DNA from: Macrostomum lignano
Taxonomy: Eukaryota
Direction: 5' to 3'
Length of the DNA: 64,000 nucleotides
Assembly (NCBI GenBank): GCA_002269645.1
Contig: NIVC01002476.1
Span: 23,032-87,031 of the forward strand
The notes beneath the pieces are model-generated. The model did not search any database, was not told the DNA's origin, and saw only the letters and a list, made by a program, of their open reading frames with translations. Below are positions 34,610 to 48,431 of this stretch, in pieces. A program made the position numbers and the translations under genes. Position 1 is the stretch's first letter; each line of letters opens with the position of its first letter.

Positions 34610-35560
34610 ATCGATTTTTAGTGCTTTTATCAACCGATATTTGGAGCTTATTTATATCAATCGATATTTTGAGCTTTTATCAATCGATATTTGGAGCTTA
34701 TATCAAACGATATTTTGGCTTTTATCAATCGATATTTGGAGCTTATATCAATAGATTTTTTGAGCTTTTATCAATCGATATTTGCAGCTTTTATCAATCA
34801 ATTTTTGTAGCTTTTATCAATCGATATTTGGAGCTTTTATCAATCAATTTTTGTAGCTTTTATCAATCGATATTTTGAGCTTTTATGAATCGATATTTTG
34901 AGCTTTTATGAATCGATATTTTGAGCTTTTATGAATCGATATTTTGAGCTTTTATCAATCGATATTTGGAGCTTTTATCAATCGATATTGGAGCTTTTAT
35001 GAATCGATATTTGGAGCTTTTATCAATCGATATTTGGAGCTTTTATCAATCGATATTTTGAGCTTTTATGAATCGATATTTTGAGCTTTTATCAATCGAT
35101 ATTTGGAGCTTTTATCAATCGATATTTGGAGCTTTTATGAATCGATATTTGGAGCTTTTATCAATCGATATTTGGAGCTTTTATCAATCGATATTTGGAG
35201 CTTTTATCAATCGATATTTGGAGCTTTTATCAATCGATATTTGGAGCTTTTATCAATCGATATTTGGAGCTTTTATCAATCGATATTTTGAGCTTTTATC
35301 AATCGATATTTGGAGCTTTTATCAATCGATATTTTGAGCTTTTATCAATCGATATTTTGAGCTTTTATCAATCGATATTTTGAGCTTTTATCAATCAATT
35401 TTTGGAGCTTTTATCAATCAATTTTTGCAGCTTTAATCAATCGATATTTTGAGCTTTTGTCAATCAATATTTGGAGCTTTTATCAATAGATATTTGGATC
35501 TTATGTCAATCGATATTTGGCGCTTTAATCAAACGTTTTTTGGGCGCTTTAATCTCGATT
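34610..35560. repeat. 23-bp minisatellite (ATCGATATTTGGAGCTTTTATCA)n
   Basis: Direct periodicity, degenerate at both edges. Confidence 0.94.
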
Positions 35561-36104
35561 TTTGGCGCTTATATTAATTGATTTTTTGCGCTCTACTGTA
35601 TTAACCGGTTTCTGGCGCTTTTATGAAGCAGTTTTGGGCGCTTGTAGCAAATTATTTTAACCATCAATCTCGTTTTGGAGGTAAGCAGTTCGTTGGTGCC
35701 CAACTGTCTGCATGATCCATAATGCTCGTATTCATCTGTCCAACTAAATTGGATTTAAGAGTTTGCTGCCCTAATTTCCCTAGAAATCAGATTGCAATAG
35801 GAGCGTATAACTTATCTTGCTCGTGGTTATTAGCATCTCTAGCCACTCCGACTGGCTGGTCATAGCTGATTAACTCAGTGATGTATCTCTTTCTGCGATT
35901 AACGCTTGATGGCTTTGTATATAATTCAGAAACCTGCTTTCCTGCTTAAGAAACCTGCCCATTAAGTCTTCTTAATCCCAATAGCTTATCCAATGCTGCG
36001 TTAGCTTCGCTTGATTGCATTTAATCGATTCTAATGCATTTTTATTGGACTACCTTCTCTGGTCGCTAATGATTTTCTTGTCCATCTATTCATGTCTGCT
36101 CCCC

Positions 36105-36655
36105 ACCTGCTGTCTACTGTCTACTGTCTACTGTCTTTTGTCTACTATCTATCTACTATACTATTTACTGTCTTCTATCTACTGTCTACTATCTACTCTA
36201 CTCTCTAACGTCTACTGTCTACTATCTACTATCTACTCTCTACCATCTACTGTCTACTGTCTACTCTCTAATGTCTACTGTCTACTATCTACTATCTACT
36301 CTCTACCATCTACTGTCTACTGTCTACTCTCTAATGTCTACTGTCTACTATCTACTATCTACTCTCTACCATCTACTGTCTACTGTCTACTCTCTAATGT
36401 CTACTGTCTACTATCTACTGTCTACTCTCTACTCTTTACTCTCTACTGTCTACTAGCTACTGTCTACTATCTACTTTCTTTCTATCTACTGTCTACTGTC
36501 TACTCTCTAATGTCTACTGTCTACTAGCTACTGTCTACTATCTACTTTCTTTCTATCTACTGTCTACTGTCTACTCTCTAATGTCTACTGTCTACTATCT
36601 ACTGTCTACTATCTACTCTACTCTCTAACGTCTACTGACTATACTGTCTACTTTC
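36105..36655. repeat. (CTACT/CTGT)-type low-complexity repeat
   Basis: Direct. Confidence 0.9.
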
Positions 36656-37345
36656 TTATCAACCCTCATGCAGCAATTTGATGTAATTCTATTACCCTAT
36701 TACGAACCTATTTTGGAGCAAATGCTTCGCGTGTTGAGAAAATCAACTGAAGGAGCAGAGCCTCACGCCCCCCCAAAATACAATGAATTACTTTTTATTT
36801 ATGGGCGTTAGGGGAAAACGGGGCGTGCGATGCTCTTAATGCTATAAGCCCCCTCCCTGGCTTGTGCCGGCAAAGAATTCTCATTTCCTCTTTTCTCCCA
36901 TTTCTCCCCCCCCCTCGACGTCCCTCGCTCTCCTCCTTCCTTCTACCCATTCTGCGCTCCGCGGCGGCCCCTGAACAGTAATTTCCTACTCTCCCTAAGT
37001 CTATAAAAAACAGGCCGTGGCCATATTTGGTCCGGCTCAGCCAATCGGGCGGCCCCCTGCTGCAGGTCCAGTGTACAAGCGCAGCGTCATAGCTCGTGTT
37101 TAGCCTTGCAACCCTATGAGTGTACGCGCGCAGCTCTTTAACAAGACGTCGATGACAATCGGCTCTTGGCCAACTCCTCTCCCTGCATGTCTGTCTGTCT
37201 GTCCGCTTCTCTCCCCCTCCCTCACCGCGCTCACTTCCTGGACTGGTTAACCCTTAATATACAGCATTGCTAGTGAGCCAGTTTGGCTTGGGAGTAGCCA
37301 ACTCCTTTTGTTCGATATTTGAGCAGCATCCTTACGGACACAGAA

Positions 37346-39922
37346 ATGCAACTTCTATCATTGCTGCCACTACTGCAGCTGTTTCTGCTTAATCAGCTCA
37401 CCAGTGGCTTTGCTGACCAACCGGGGGTGACATGCGTTTGCCAGACTCGACCGAGTGCTCAAGCAGCTCGAGAGTTGTCCTGTCACAACTGGAGTCCGGC
37501 TTTGAACTTCGGCCTCGGCCAGCAGCAGCAGCAGCAGCAGCTGACGGGGCCGACCTTCGTCTGTCGGGGCTACGAGCTGTCCGCGCCAGGTTTCAACATC
37601 GAAGCCATCGAAGGTGAACTCGGCCTCGGCTTGAAAATCGGACCGGCGCTGATGAAGCTGGACCTCAGCTCCAACCAGTTGTCCCTGCTCGACCAGCCTC
37701 ACTTTGCCTCGCTGCCGAACCTGCACCGGCTTGAGCTGGGCTCCAACCAGATCAGGTTGATCTCGCACCGGCTGTTTGACGGTCTCAAGCAGCTCATCTT
37801 TCTGGACTTGGACAACAACCAGCTGCCTGAAGTTACTCAGGCCACATTCGGGTCTCAGCGAGTGTTCAGCCCTGGCAACCAGTGCAACCTGCGCTCCCTG
37901 CTCTACCTCTACTTGGCTAACAATCGTATCGAACGCGTCGATCCCAACAGTTTTGATTGCATGTCGCGGCTCAAAGTGCTCAACTTGCAGCGCAATCTAA
38001 TTAAGGTGCTGCCGGAATCCACCTTCTCCGGTCTCAGCTCCATCACTAGCCTGAAACTGTATGCTAACCGCATTGACACGGTGCGGGACTCCGCATTCAG
38101 CCAGTGCTGCCGGGAGCTGAGATACCTCAGCTTAGTTGACAATCGAATCTCCCATCTGTCGCGTACAATTTTCAACTTCATGGGCAATTTGACTTCGCTC
38201 TACCTAGACCGGAACCAATTCGTCCAGGTGCCAACCTACCTGCTGGCCTACGCAGCCGGCCTCGGGCCAGCCAGCCTCTCCGACGTCCATATTCAGCGCA
38301 ACCACATCGTGCGCATCCGGAAGAACGACTTCCGGGACGCTGGAAAGATCGACGCTCTGAACTTGTTCGATAACAGCATCCAGCGCATCGAGGACTACAG
38401 CTTCGCCAGCCTGTCCTGGACAAGAAGCCTCATCCTACAGAAGAACGAACTTCGCACAATCAACAACCGAACGCTAGCTGGCTTGTCCAACCTTCGCTAT
38501 CTGGTACTCACGCAGAATCACATCGAATTCGTGGAAGACTACGCGTTCACTCCGCTGGTCCGCTTGGACACTCTTTCAATAGCGTCGAATCGTCTTACGG
38601 AAGTTCGTCAGCTAATGTTCGTCGGACTAAATCACACCTTCTCGTTGAACCTGGCGTCCAACTATATCCAATCGCTGCGCGGGGACGAGTTCCAGCTGTT
38701 GCCGAGCCTGCGCTATCTGTACCTGGACAAAAATCGGCTGATGCGAATCAGGCGCGGCTACTTTTCGGGTCTCACCGGTCTGCGCAAGTTGGACCTCAGC
38801 GACAATCGCTTGAACGAGCTGGAGACTCAAGCCTTTGCCGATCTCGATGAGCTAGCCTTTCTTGACCTCAGTGGAAACAACTTGGAGACCATTTGCTCCG
38901 CCAGTCTTCAGGGCCTACGGAGCCTGCAGTCTTTGTTCTTATCGAAGAACCGTATCGATGCACTGGACCCAACACTGCTAGCCAGTCTTCCCGCGTTGAG
39001 CGTGCTCGACCTTCGAGACAACCGCCTGGCCGAATTCTCCATCAACTGGCCGCTGCCATCCGCCGCAGTGGCCAAAGCTCGTCCTGGCCAGGCGCTGACC
39101 CACCTCGACCTCGGCGGGAACAGACTTCGTCTGACCGACACCGACGGTTGCGGCTTCTGCGGCCTCGACTCGGTCCGTTTCGCCAGCCTGGGCGTCGAGC
39201 TGAGCAGCGTCGCTCAGCTGACTGCCGACAGTCTGCGTGGCCTCGGTGGGCCCGGGCTCGACCTCATCATCAACGAGAAACAGTGGCCACCGGCAGCAAC
39301 GGCCGCTGCGGCCTCCACGGCAGCCGAGTGTCGAGTCGCTTGCAAATCGCGGCAGCAGCTGCAGCAGCTACCGAAGGAGCTGACCGACAGAGCCTGCCGG
39401 TCTAGACTCAGCCAAGGTCGAAGCAACGTCGCTGGCGCCGCGGACGCCACCTTCGGCACCGCAGCTGCAGGCGGCGGCAGCTTCGCTCGCCTGATGCTCT
39501 ACGTGTCTCTGCCGGCCCTGCTGCTGCTGATCCTGGCCGTGGCCTCCGTCAGCGGATTCTATCTGATGGCACGTCGTCGTCGACGTCAGCGAAGCGCCGC
39601 CGCAACAAGAGCAGCGGCAGCGGCGTCTGGTGTTTACCATGTCGACCAGCAGCAGTTGCAGCATCTGGGCATGCAGAGCGTGCTGGGCCAGCAGCAGCAA
39701 CAGCTTGCTGGGCCTCCACTGTTGCCGCAGTCTCAGTCGCAGCAGCACCTGCAGATGCGAAATCACGGTCATCACCAGCATCACCATCGTCAGCAGCAGC
39801 CGCAGCCTGGAATGTCAGCCTACGACACTGAGCCAAGCCTACTGGAGATGAGCATGGAGCTGACGCCATCAAATTCCGACGTGAAGTTCAATAGCAAAGT
39901 GTATGGCAATTTGCTTTCGTGA
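37346..39922 (+). CDS. Intronless leucine-rich-repeat type I membrane protein, 858 aa (signal peptide, Cys N-cap, about 20 LRRs, one TM helix, Gln/His-rich tail, no TIR)
   Basis: Single ORF. N-terminus MQLLSLLPLLQLFLL..; repeated LxxLxLxxNxL/I; TM LMLYVSLPALLLLILAVASVSGFYLMA followed by RRRRR; TATA-like (about 37002) and CCAAT (about 37041) motifs upstream. Confidence 0.92.
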   Translation: MQLLSLLPLLQLFLLNQLTSGFADQPGVTCVCQTRPSAQAARELSCHNWSPALNFGLGQQQQQQQLTGPTFVCRGYELSAPGFNIEAIEGELGLGLKIGPALMKLDLSSNQLSLLDQPHFASLPNLHRLELGSNQIRLISHRLFDGLKQLIFLDLDNNQLPEVTQATFGSQRVFSPGNQCNLRSLLYLYLANNRIERVDPNSFDCMSRLKVLNLQRNLIKVLPESTFSGLSSITSLKLYANRIDTVRDSAFSQCCRELRYLSLVDNRISHLSRTIFNFMGNLTSLYLDRNQFVQVPTYLLAYAAGLGPASLSDVHIQRNHIVRIRKNDFRDAGKIDALNLFDNSIQRIEDYSFASLSWTRSLILQKNELRTINNRTLAGLSNLRYLVLTQNHIEFVEDYAFTPLVRLDTLSIASNRLTEVRQLMFVGLNHTFSLNLASNYIQSLRGDEFQLLPSLRYLYLDKNRLMRIRRGYFSGLTGLRKLDLSDNRLNELETQAFADLDELAFLDLSGNNLETICSASLQGLRSLQSLFLSKNRIDALDPTLLASLPALSVLDLRDNRLAEFSINWPLPSAAVAKARPGQALTHLDLGGNRLRLTDTDGCGFCGLDSVRFASLGVELSSVAQLTADSLRGLGGPGLDLIINEKQWPPAATAAAASTAAECRVACKSRQQLQQLPKELTDRACRSRLSQGRSNVAGAADATFGTAAAGGGSFARLMLYVSLPALLLLILAVASVSGFYLMARRRRRQRSAAATRAAAAASGVYHVDQQQLQHLGMQSVLGQQQQQLAGPPLLPQSQSQQHLQMRNHGHHQHHHRQQQPQPGMSAYDTEPSLLEMSMELTPSNSDVKFNSKVYGNLLS

Positions 39923-42226
39923 AATAGTTTGATTTCTTCGTGTCAAATAAGTGAAATTTGGCAAAAGCTGCTTCGTACTTTTACTTTTTAATCCAATCCA
40001 ATGCTAAATTATTGTAATTAGCATCTTGCATCTTCTCTTCTCTTGCCACTAAGTTTGATCTAACTTGTTTCTCTCACGACACACAGTTGTTTTTTATTTT
40101 ACGCAAAATAGTTCAGCAAAACCTGCTTCACCCGTTGAAAATGGTACCGTGACAAAAACCACTGGAGTCTCATCGCAATTACAACTTGCTAGCGTCTCTA
40201 GGACGACTCTTGTGACTCGAGCGTCTCTGCAATGGGACGGGGAGGCGGCTGTTGAATCACGAGCGCATCAAGTGAGTTGCAGAATCGTAAAAGAGTTGCG
40301 AAAAAAGTCATCCAAAAATCGTTGTTTTAGCGCTTAACCTTCTACTAATTTAAGTAGACTAAATGGATATAACCCCAGAGTCACTTACGTCGCTTCAGAG
40401 AAGAAAATAAGACGCCTCAAATTTACTCTTGGGCGACTCTTGAACGACTTTTTGGCGACTTGTGCCGTGACATCTCATCGGTTTAGAGTCGTCTAGAGAG
40501 TCACTTCTTTCCTGTTTCTATTGTGTCCTTGGGTCAAGACGTGACACTTGAAAAAGCATTAGCGAGATAGAAAATCAAGCATTTTTAAGCACTTAATGAA
40601 GGATTTCTAATATGTGGATCACAAAAAGGATGTTTAACCTACCCACCAATGTCAAAGGCATAACATTGTAGCTTAGCTTAAGCTCTAAGCACCCTTTTCT
40701 TATCTGATTTTTCTAAACAGGTTTCTTATCGTCATAAGATCATGTTAAAGACCCAGTTGATGTAATCTGCTTCTTTTTTTAAGAAAAAGTCCGTTTCATA
40801 ATGCGCCCTCCTCCTGCTTTTGCCTGCTTGCTGGCAGGATACGTCCCAATGCACTGCATCTTCTATTGGTCCTCTTGCTGGCCTAATTGACAGGGTTGGT
40901 AAAGAAATCAAGGACTTATTACCTCACCAGAACCAATCATCTTTCCAGTTGGAAAGTCTGCAAGCCTAATTATTATTTAATAAGACTCATTAATTCCGTC
41001 TGCCAGTTTGGTTTTTCACCATTACTTGCTGTACAATTGTGATTTTTTTGTTAAAATGGCTTTATTCTGCATAAATTACATGTACCGTATAACACACGAT
41101 TGACCCCTGTCTATTTGTAAAAGTTATACAATGCCTACATATACTGCCTAATCATTTTCCCCAATATGTTGGAATAAGTATGCAAAAAGCAATGCTTAAC
41201 TATATAAATGCTGTTCGTTGAAATCTTGTGTAAATTTTTTGCTGTTATTTAATTTTTAATCGCGATTCTATTCGCCATTGAGATGCCAATTAAAGTACAT
41301 AAAAATTCATTGAATTGGGTAAATTTAAATTTTGAGATTAGTCTTGATTTCTGTTTTTTTCTGTCAAAAAGCTGACTGGTTGTTCGAGTTCAATTGCAAC
41401 TACGAATTAAAAAACATTTTTGAGTATTTGGCAATGCATTCTACTATTAAAGAACTGATTCAGTAAGAATGTCTGAACCAAAAAAGCAAAAGAAATAAAA
41501 AGCCGGTTAGTATGCGACACTCACTCTTGACGCTTTTGCAAAAGCACCGGAAAGCAGTTTGGACAAACTGAAAGCGTTTCTGACAACTGGTGGAACTTTG
41601 GTCGAACCGGAAGCAAGTTGGTCGAACCGGAAGCAAGTTGGTGAAACTGGAAGCAAGTTGGTAGAACTGGAAGCAAGTTGGTAGAACTGGAAGCAAGTTG
41701 GTAGAACTGGAAGCAAGTTGGTGGAACTGGAAGCAAGTTGGTAGAACCGGAAGCAAGTTGGTAGAACTGGAAGCAAGTTGGTAGAACTGGAAGCAAGTTG
41801 GTAGAACTGGAAGCAAGTTGGTGGAACCGGAAGCAAGTTGGTGAAACTGGAAGCAAGTTGGTAGAACCGGAAGCAAGTTGGTAGAACCGGAAGCAAGTTG
41901 GTAGAACTGGAAGCAAGTTGGTAGAACTGGAAGCAAGTTGGTGAAACTGGAAGCAAGTTGGTAGAACTGGAAGCAAGTTGGTGGAACCGGAAGCAAGTTG
42001 GTGAAACTGGAAGCAAGTTGGTAGAACTGGAAGCAAGTTGGTGGAACTGGAAGCAAGTTGGTAGAACTGGAAGCAAGTTGGTAAAACTGGAAGCAAGTTG
42101 GTAAAACTGGAAGCAAGTTGGTGGAACTGGAAGCAAGTTGGTGGAACCGGAAGCAAGTTGGTTTGGAACCGGAAGCAAGTTGGTAGAACCGGAAGCAAGT
42201 TGGTAGAACCGGAAGCAAGTTGGTAG

Positions 42227-42894
42227 GGTTGACGGTCGTTTCGTCTGCTGCCAGTTCGTCTGCCATTCTTTCGTCTGCAAAAATACGATGCAGTCAATTC
42301 GTCTGCCACAAAATACTAAGACTAAGTACGATGCCAGTACATATAATATTGAAAATAAATATCTGTATATCTTAAAAAGTTCTTATAGTGAAGATAACGA
42401 ACTCATTACGTTAGAAGCACGAACGTACGATCTAACAATATTTTCCCAAGGGACCCATAGGGATAGTATACAATACACGCATACAACTTTTGTTTGTTAT
42501 ATGAATTTTGTAAGCTGAATAATTGTTCATAATGAAAATGCATCATCATTGGATAAAGTCATAACAATGCTCATAACAGCCAGCCGATCGTATTCAACAG
42601 CGAATTCTGTCTCTACCTTCAATATTCGTAACTGCAGCTTCCATCCATCCATCATATTAAGTTCTTTTTTTAACGGATGTTTAAAATTGATATCATATTT
42701 CTTAGAAATGATGCAAAAAACAAAATTACGCTTAGAAAAACTGACCTCCCACTTTAACTCTTTTTGCATAACTCACAACATTTAATTATAAAAAATTAGC
42801 TTTGCTAGCTATTTAGCTTTACCTTAGTTTTTTCTCAAAAAGTCGTTTCGTCTGCCGGCAGACGAAAAGGCGGCAGACGAAATGACCGCGCACC
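42227..42894. mobile_element. 668-bp MITE-like element with ~38-bp imperfect TIRs and an 8-bp TSD
   Basis: Left end GGTTGACGGTCGTTTCGTCTGCTGCC versus reverse-complemented right end GGTGCGCGGTCATTTCGTCTGCCGCC; GTTGGTAG duplicated at 42219-42226 and 42895-42902. Confidence 0.75.
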
Positions 42895-42942
42895 GTTGGT
42901 AGAACCGGAAGCAAGTTGGTAGAACCGGAAGCAAGTTGGTGA

Positions 42943-43278
42943 GGGGGCCGTAGCCCAGCGGTAGCGCAGCTGCTCTGGTGTGCCAGCGACCCAGGCTCGA
43001 TTCCAAGTGCAGTCACATTAATTTGGGGCTGAATTGGAATCTCGGCTTGGCTCTCTGCTCGTGCAATTAACGGCCTTGAGAGCCAACCCCCCGAGGCACA
43101 GTGAGGTGTACATGCCTAACGATAAAATAAAGTTAGGGCCGCTGTACACTCTTGTGTGAGTGTGTGCCTGCTCAGGGGAGTCGGCGGAATGGTCAGTAAT
43201 GCCTCTCGCCGGTTGTGTGCCTATGTCGCTTAAAGTGCGCCAGGGTGCACACAACCCCCCTGCCTCTAATAAAAAAAA
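42943..43278 (+). mobile_element. tRNA-derived SINE with poly(A) tail
   Basis: A-box TAGCCCAGCGG, B-box-like GGCTCGATTCC, AATAAAAAAAA tail, and AAGCAAGTTGGTG repeated on both flanks (TSD-like, but also part of the host repeat unit). Confidence 0.75.
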
Positions 43279-44679
43279 GCAAGTTGGTGGAACCGGAAGC
43301 AAGTTGGTAGAACCGGAAGCAAGTTGGTTTGGAATCGGAAGCAAGTTGGTAGAACCGGAAGCAAGTTGGTTTGGAACCGGAAGCAAGTTGGTTTGGAACC
43401 GGAAGCAAGTTGGTTTGGAACCGGAAGCAAGTTGGTTTGGAACCGGAAGCAAGTTGGTCGAACCGGAAGCAAGTTGGTTTGGAACCGGAAGCAAGTTGGT
43501 TTGGAACCGGAAGCAAGTTGGTTTGGAACCGGAAGCAAGTTGGTTTGGAACCGGAAGCAAGTTGGTAGAACCGGAAGCAAGTTGGTAGAACCGGAAGCAA
43601 GTTGGTAGAACCGGAAGCAAGTTGGTTTGGAACCGGAAGCAAGTTGGTTTGGAACCGGAAGCAAGTTGGTTTGGAACCGGAAGCAAGTTGGTCGAACCGG
43701 AAGCAAATTGGTTTGGAACCGGAAGCAAGTTGGTTTGGAACCGGAAGCAAGTTGGTTTGGAACCGGAAGCAAGTTGGTCGAACCGGAAGCAAGTTGGTTT
43801 GGAACCGGAAGCAAGTTGGTTTGGAACCGGAAGCAAGTTGGTTTGGAACCGGAAGCAAGTTGGTCGAACCGGAAGCAAGTTGGTTTGGAACCGGAAGCAA
43901 GTTGGTTTGGAACCGGAAGCAAGTTGGTTTGGAACCGGAAGCAAGTTGGTAGAACCGGAAGCAAGTTGGTAGAACCGGAAGCAAGTTGGTAGAACCGGAA
44001 GCAAGTTGGTTTGGAACCGGAAGCAAGTTGGTAGAACCGGAAGCAAGTTGGTAGAACCGGAAGCAAGTTGGTTTGGAACCGGAAGCAAGTTGGTTTGGAA
44101 CCGGAAGCAAGTTGGTAGAACCGGAAGCAAGTTGGTAGAACCGGAAGCAAGTTGGCCAAACCGGAAGTTCACTGAACCGGAACCGGAACGGGGCCTCTGT
44201 TACCCTCAATGTAAAGAGGACTTCTTGGTTTTTTACATAAAGTTTCTTTCTTAAGCGAATACCGGACCTTGCGCTTCATCAAAGCAACCAAATGAAAGTT
44301 TATTACTAAGAGCTATTCGAGCTTTTATTTAATGAGAATTATTCGTTATAAAAATATTTATTTCTCATTTGGCAACTATCTGCTAAAAACAAAATTTCAA
44401 TTGAATTCTTTAAAGAATTAAATCCTAAACAGCATATTATATACTACTGCTGGGACACACGGCCTTGCTGAAATTTCCTGCAGTGATCATTTGAGCAAGA
44501 GCGAGTAAGTTACCTTTATAATCTAGTATTTAAAAAATGAAAATCTTATACTACATGTAAAAATGGTTTTTCGGTAGGTATATGATCGATTTCAGAAAAA
44601 ATGGCTCAACCGATTTTCTTCAAGCTTGCACCATTCGATCAGAAACTCTTGTTTCGCTATATAACTCATAGTTTATCTT

Positions 44680-44990
44680 CCATGGCTCATATAGTTATCC
44701 TTTTTGACTCATGAACATTCTCAGCTATGGCTCATAATAATCTTTTATGACTCTCTATGACTCCTCTATTCCTCTATGACTCCAAATTATCTTTTATGAC
44801 TCATAATCTTTCTCTATGACTCACAATTGTATTTTATGACGATCATAATCATTCTCTATGACTATAAATTATCATTTATGACTCATAAATATTATCTATG
44901 ACTCACAATGATCTTTTATGACTCATAATCAATCTCTATGACTCACAATTATCTCAATGACTCACAACCGTTCTTTATGACCCACACAAC
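44680..44990. repeat. Degenerate short repeat built on TATGACTC
   Basis: More than 10 spaced TATGAC(T)C cores. Confidence 0.75.
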
Positions 44991-45140
44991 TATCCATAAT
45001 TTTAAGCCATACCCCTTTGCTAAATAAGGAGCTCAAGAGACAGTAACAACAGAGTAAGCATTTATCTGAATATTATCGAACTTCAAATTGTTCGGCCACG
45101 AATTCCAGTAGTTATGCAACTCATAAATCCATTTGTCCAA

Positions 45141-46753
<1,613 letters not shown>

Positions 46754-48431
46754 GGTTAATTAAGAGTAATAATGGGGGGGTCGATCTGTGCAGTGCATAT
46801 GTTATTATTCAGTAATTCGTTCAGTGATGCTTTTTAATTACAGTTTAAATGTGAGGCCTTATAGTGATGCTTTGTTTATTACATGACTGTATTTGAAGTT
46901 GTACGGTCGTAAGTCTCTTACCAATGCATATAAATAAAATAATATCACTACCACCCTTGCGCATTGCACTACGCAAAATAAATACATGCATTTATATATA
47001 TATCAGCTATAATGAATTTACATGTATTTAAATGTGACTGATAATGTTACAGCACATGTATCACTTGTATCTTGATACACATATCGTCGTCATGCATATC
47101 TAGAAATGCACATGCAAAATTAGATCAGTAGAATAGATAAAAAGATGCACTGTGTTTGCATATTGTATACAGCAGGTGGATTCTACGCGCATGGAACACA
47201 TATATGTACATGTAGTAATGTAGGTGCAGGAAGCAGATAGACAGATTCAAAGACTCGTCTCGTCCCTCGAATGATCAATGGGAGAGACGAGTTATACTGT
47301 ACAGCGGAAAAGCGCGCGGATAAGTAACAACATCAAAATTCACAGCCCGCTGTAGTACATAAGTCTGTGGAGACAGTGTCAGCTGGTGCGCCCAGCAGCT
47401 GATATGCACGTGTCTCCCGGGTCCTCCTTTGATCCCGCGTCCGAACGTTCAGCTTATGTGGTTCTCAAGGGCATTAATTGCATGAATAGGTCACCCTGGC
47501 CGCGAAATTTAGCCCCAAATCAATGCACTGACTGATCGTTCATATTCATTGATATACACTATTCGTAAGCAGGTGTTGTATATTTACATGTACATTTTAA
47601 ATTTCCGTACTACATGTATTTACAAAAGCATTATTCAAGTTTCAGTATTTTCGATAAAAAAGAATTGATTAATGTACCGGAAGCAGACCAGGGAAAACAC
47701 GTACATGTAAAAATTATCATTGGCAGTACAAATTTTTGCATGTTGCTCGAAAAAAATGTTAGTATCTTTGATAAAAAAATTAAACTAATTCTTATAAATT
47801 TAGATGCGCTAGCTAGTACGCATGCATACGTTACTTAAATACATGGATAACAATATAGGGGGCCCATTGAGCTTACTCTGGATTGGGTTGCTTGATGCAG
47901 GAAGCACAATCAATTAAACACATTCTATTCTTGTTGCATGAATAAATTGATGTAGTTTAGATATATATGTGTATAGTTTTCTGCATTTACTGTTTTATTT
48001 GATAATAATTAATAGAGAATTAGAACGAAAACAGAATTTTTCATTCATGTTCAGGAAATCGAACAATTTCATCTTATAGAATTTTATCGAACAGTTAATC
48101 TTAAGTAGCTACGGATTTTTCCGCAATACCAGTCGGACTCATGATCATAACATTATAATAATTATTCCACTTGACGAACGTGTACGGTGACGGTTGTCTA
48201 AACATTAAAACAAAACTTTATAGATATTACAGTCTAGTTTATAAACAAATGTAAACCATTTTAAAACAAACGTGCTTTTTATACAGAAACAATAATTAGA
48301 TAAGAATAGTTCATACAATTAAAAGCATCCGGTTTAAAAAGAATGCTATCTTTTTCAACTTAGTCTGATCTGCTAATTTTTTGTTCTGTTGACACGAAAG
48401 TTATACATTTCGCGATAATAGTAGATTTTTA

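Larger units (their letters stand above)
41590..44160. repeat. 20/21-bp minisatellite (GGAAGCAAGTTGGTAGAACC)n interrupted by two insertions
   Basis: Direct periodicity on both sides of 42227-43278. Confidence 0.95.

Noticed and set aside
34300-36010. Short open frames with codon-like composition near 34.3-34.6 kb (+) and 35.7-36.0 kb (-)
   Set aside because: No recognisable motif, internal stops, and no consistent exon chain.
40560-40980. Exon-like minus-strand segments
   Set aside because: Could not be joined into an ORF or matched to a known family.
42943-43015. tRNA gene
   Set aside because: A and B boxes are present, but the acceptor and anticodon stems do not pair properly and the sequence continues into a body with a poly(A) tail; called a SINE instead.
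41460-44254. Many 250-380-aa ORFs (TNLLPV/CFRFYQLASGS repeats)
   Set aside because: Frame-cycling translation of a 20/21-bp minisatellite; no signal peptide and no synonymous bias.
48190-48210. X-box expected upstream of the ciliary gene TTC8
   Set aside because: Only a half-site (GTTGTCTAAAC) was found; too weak to call.
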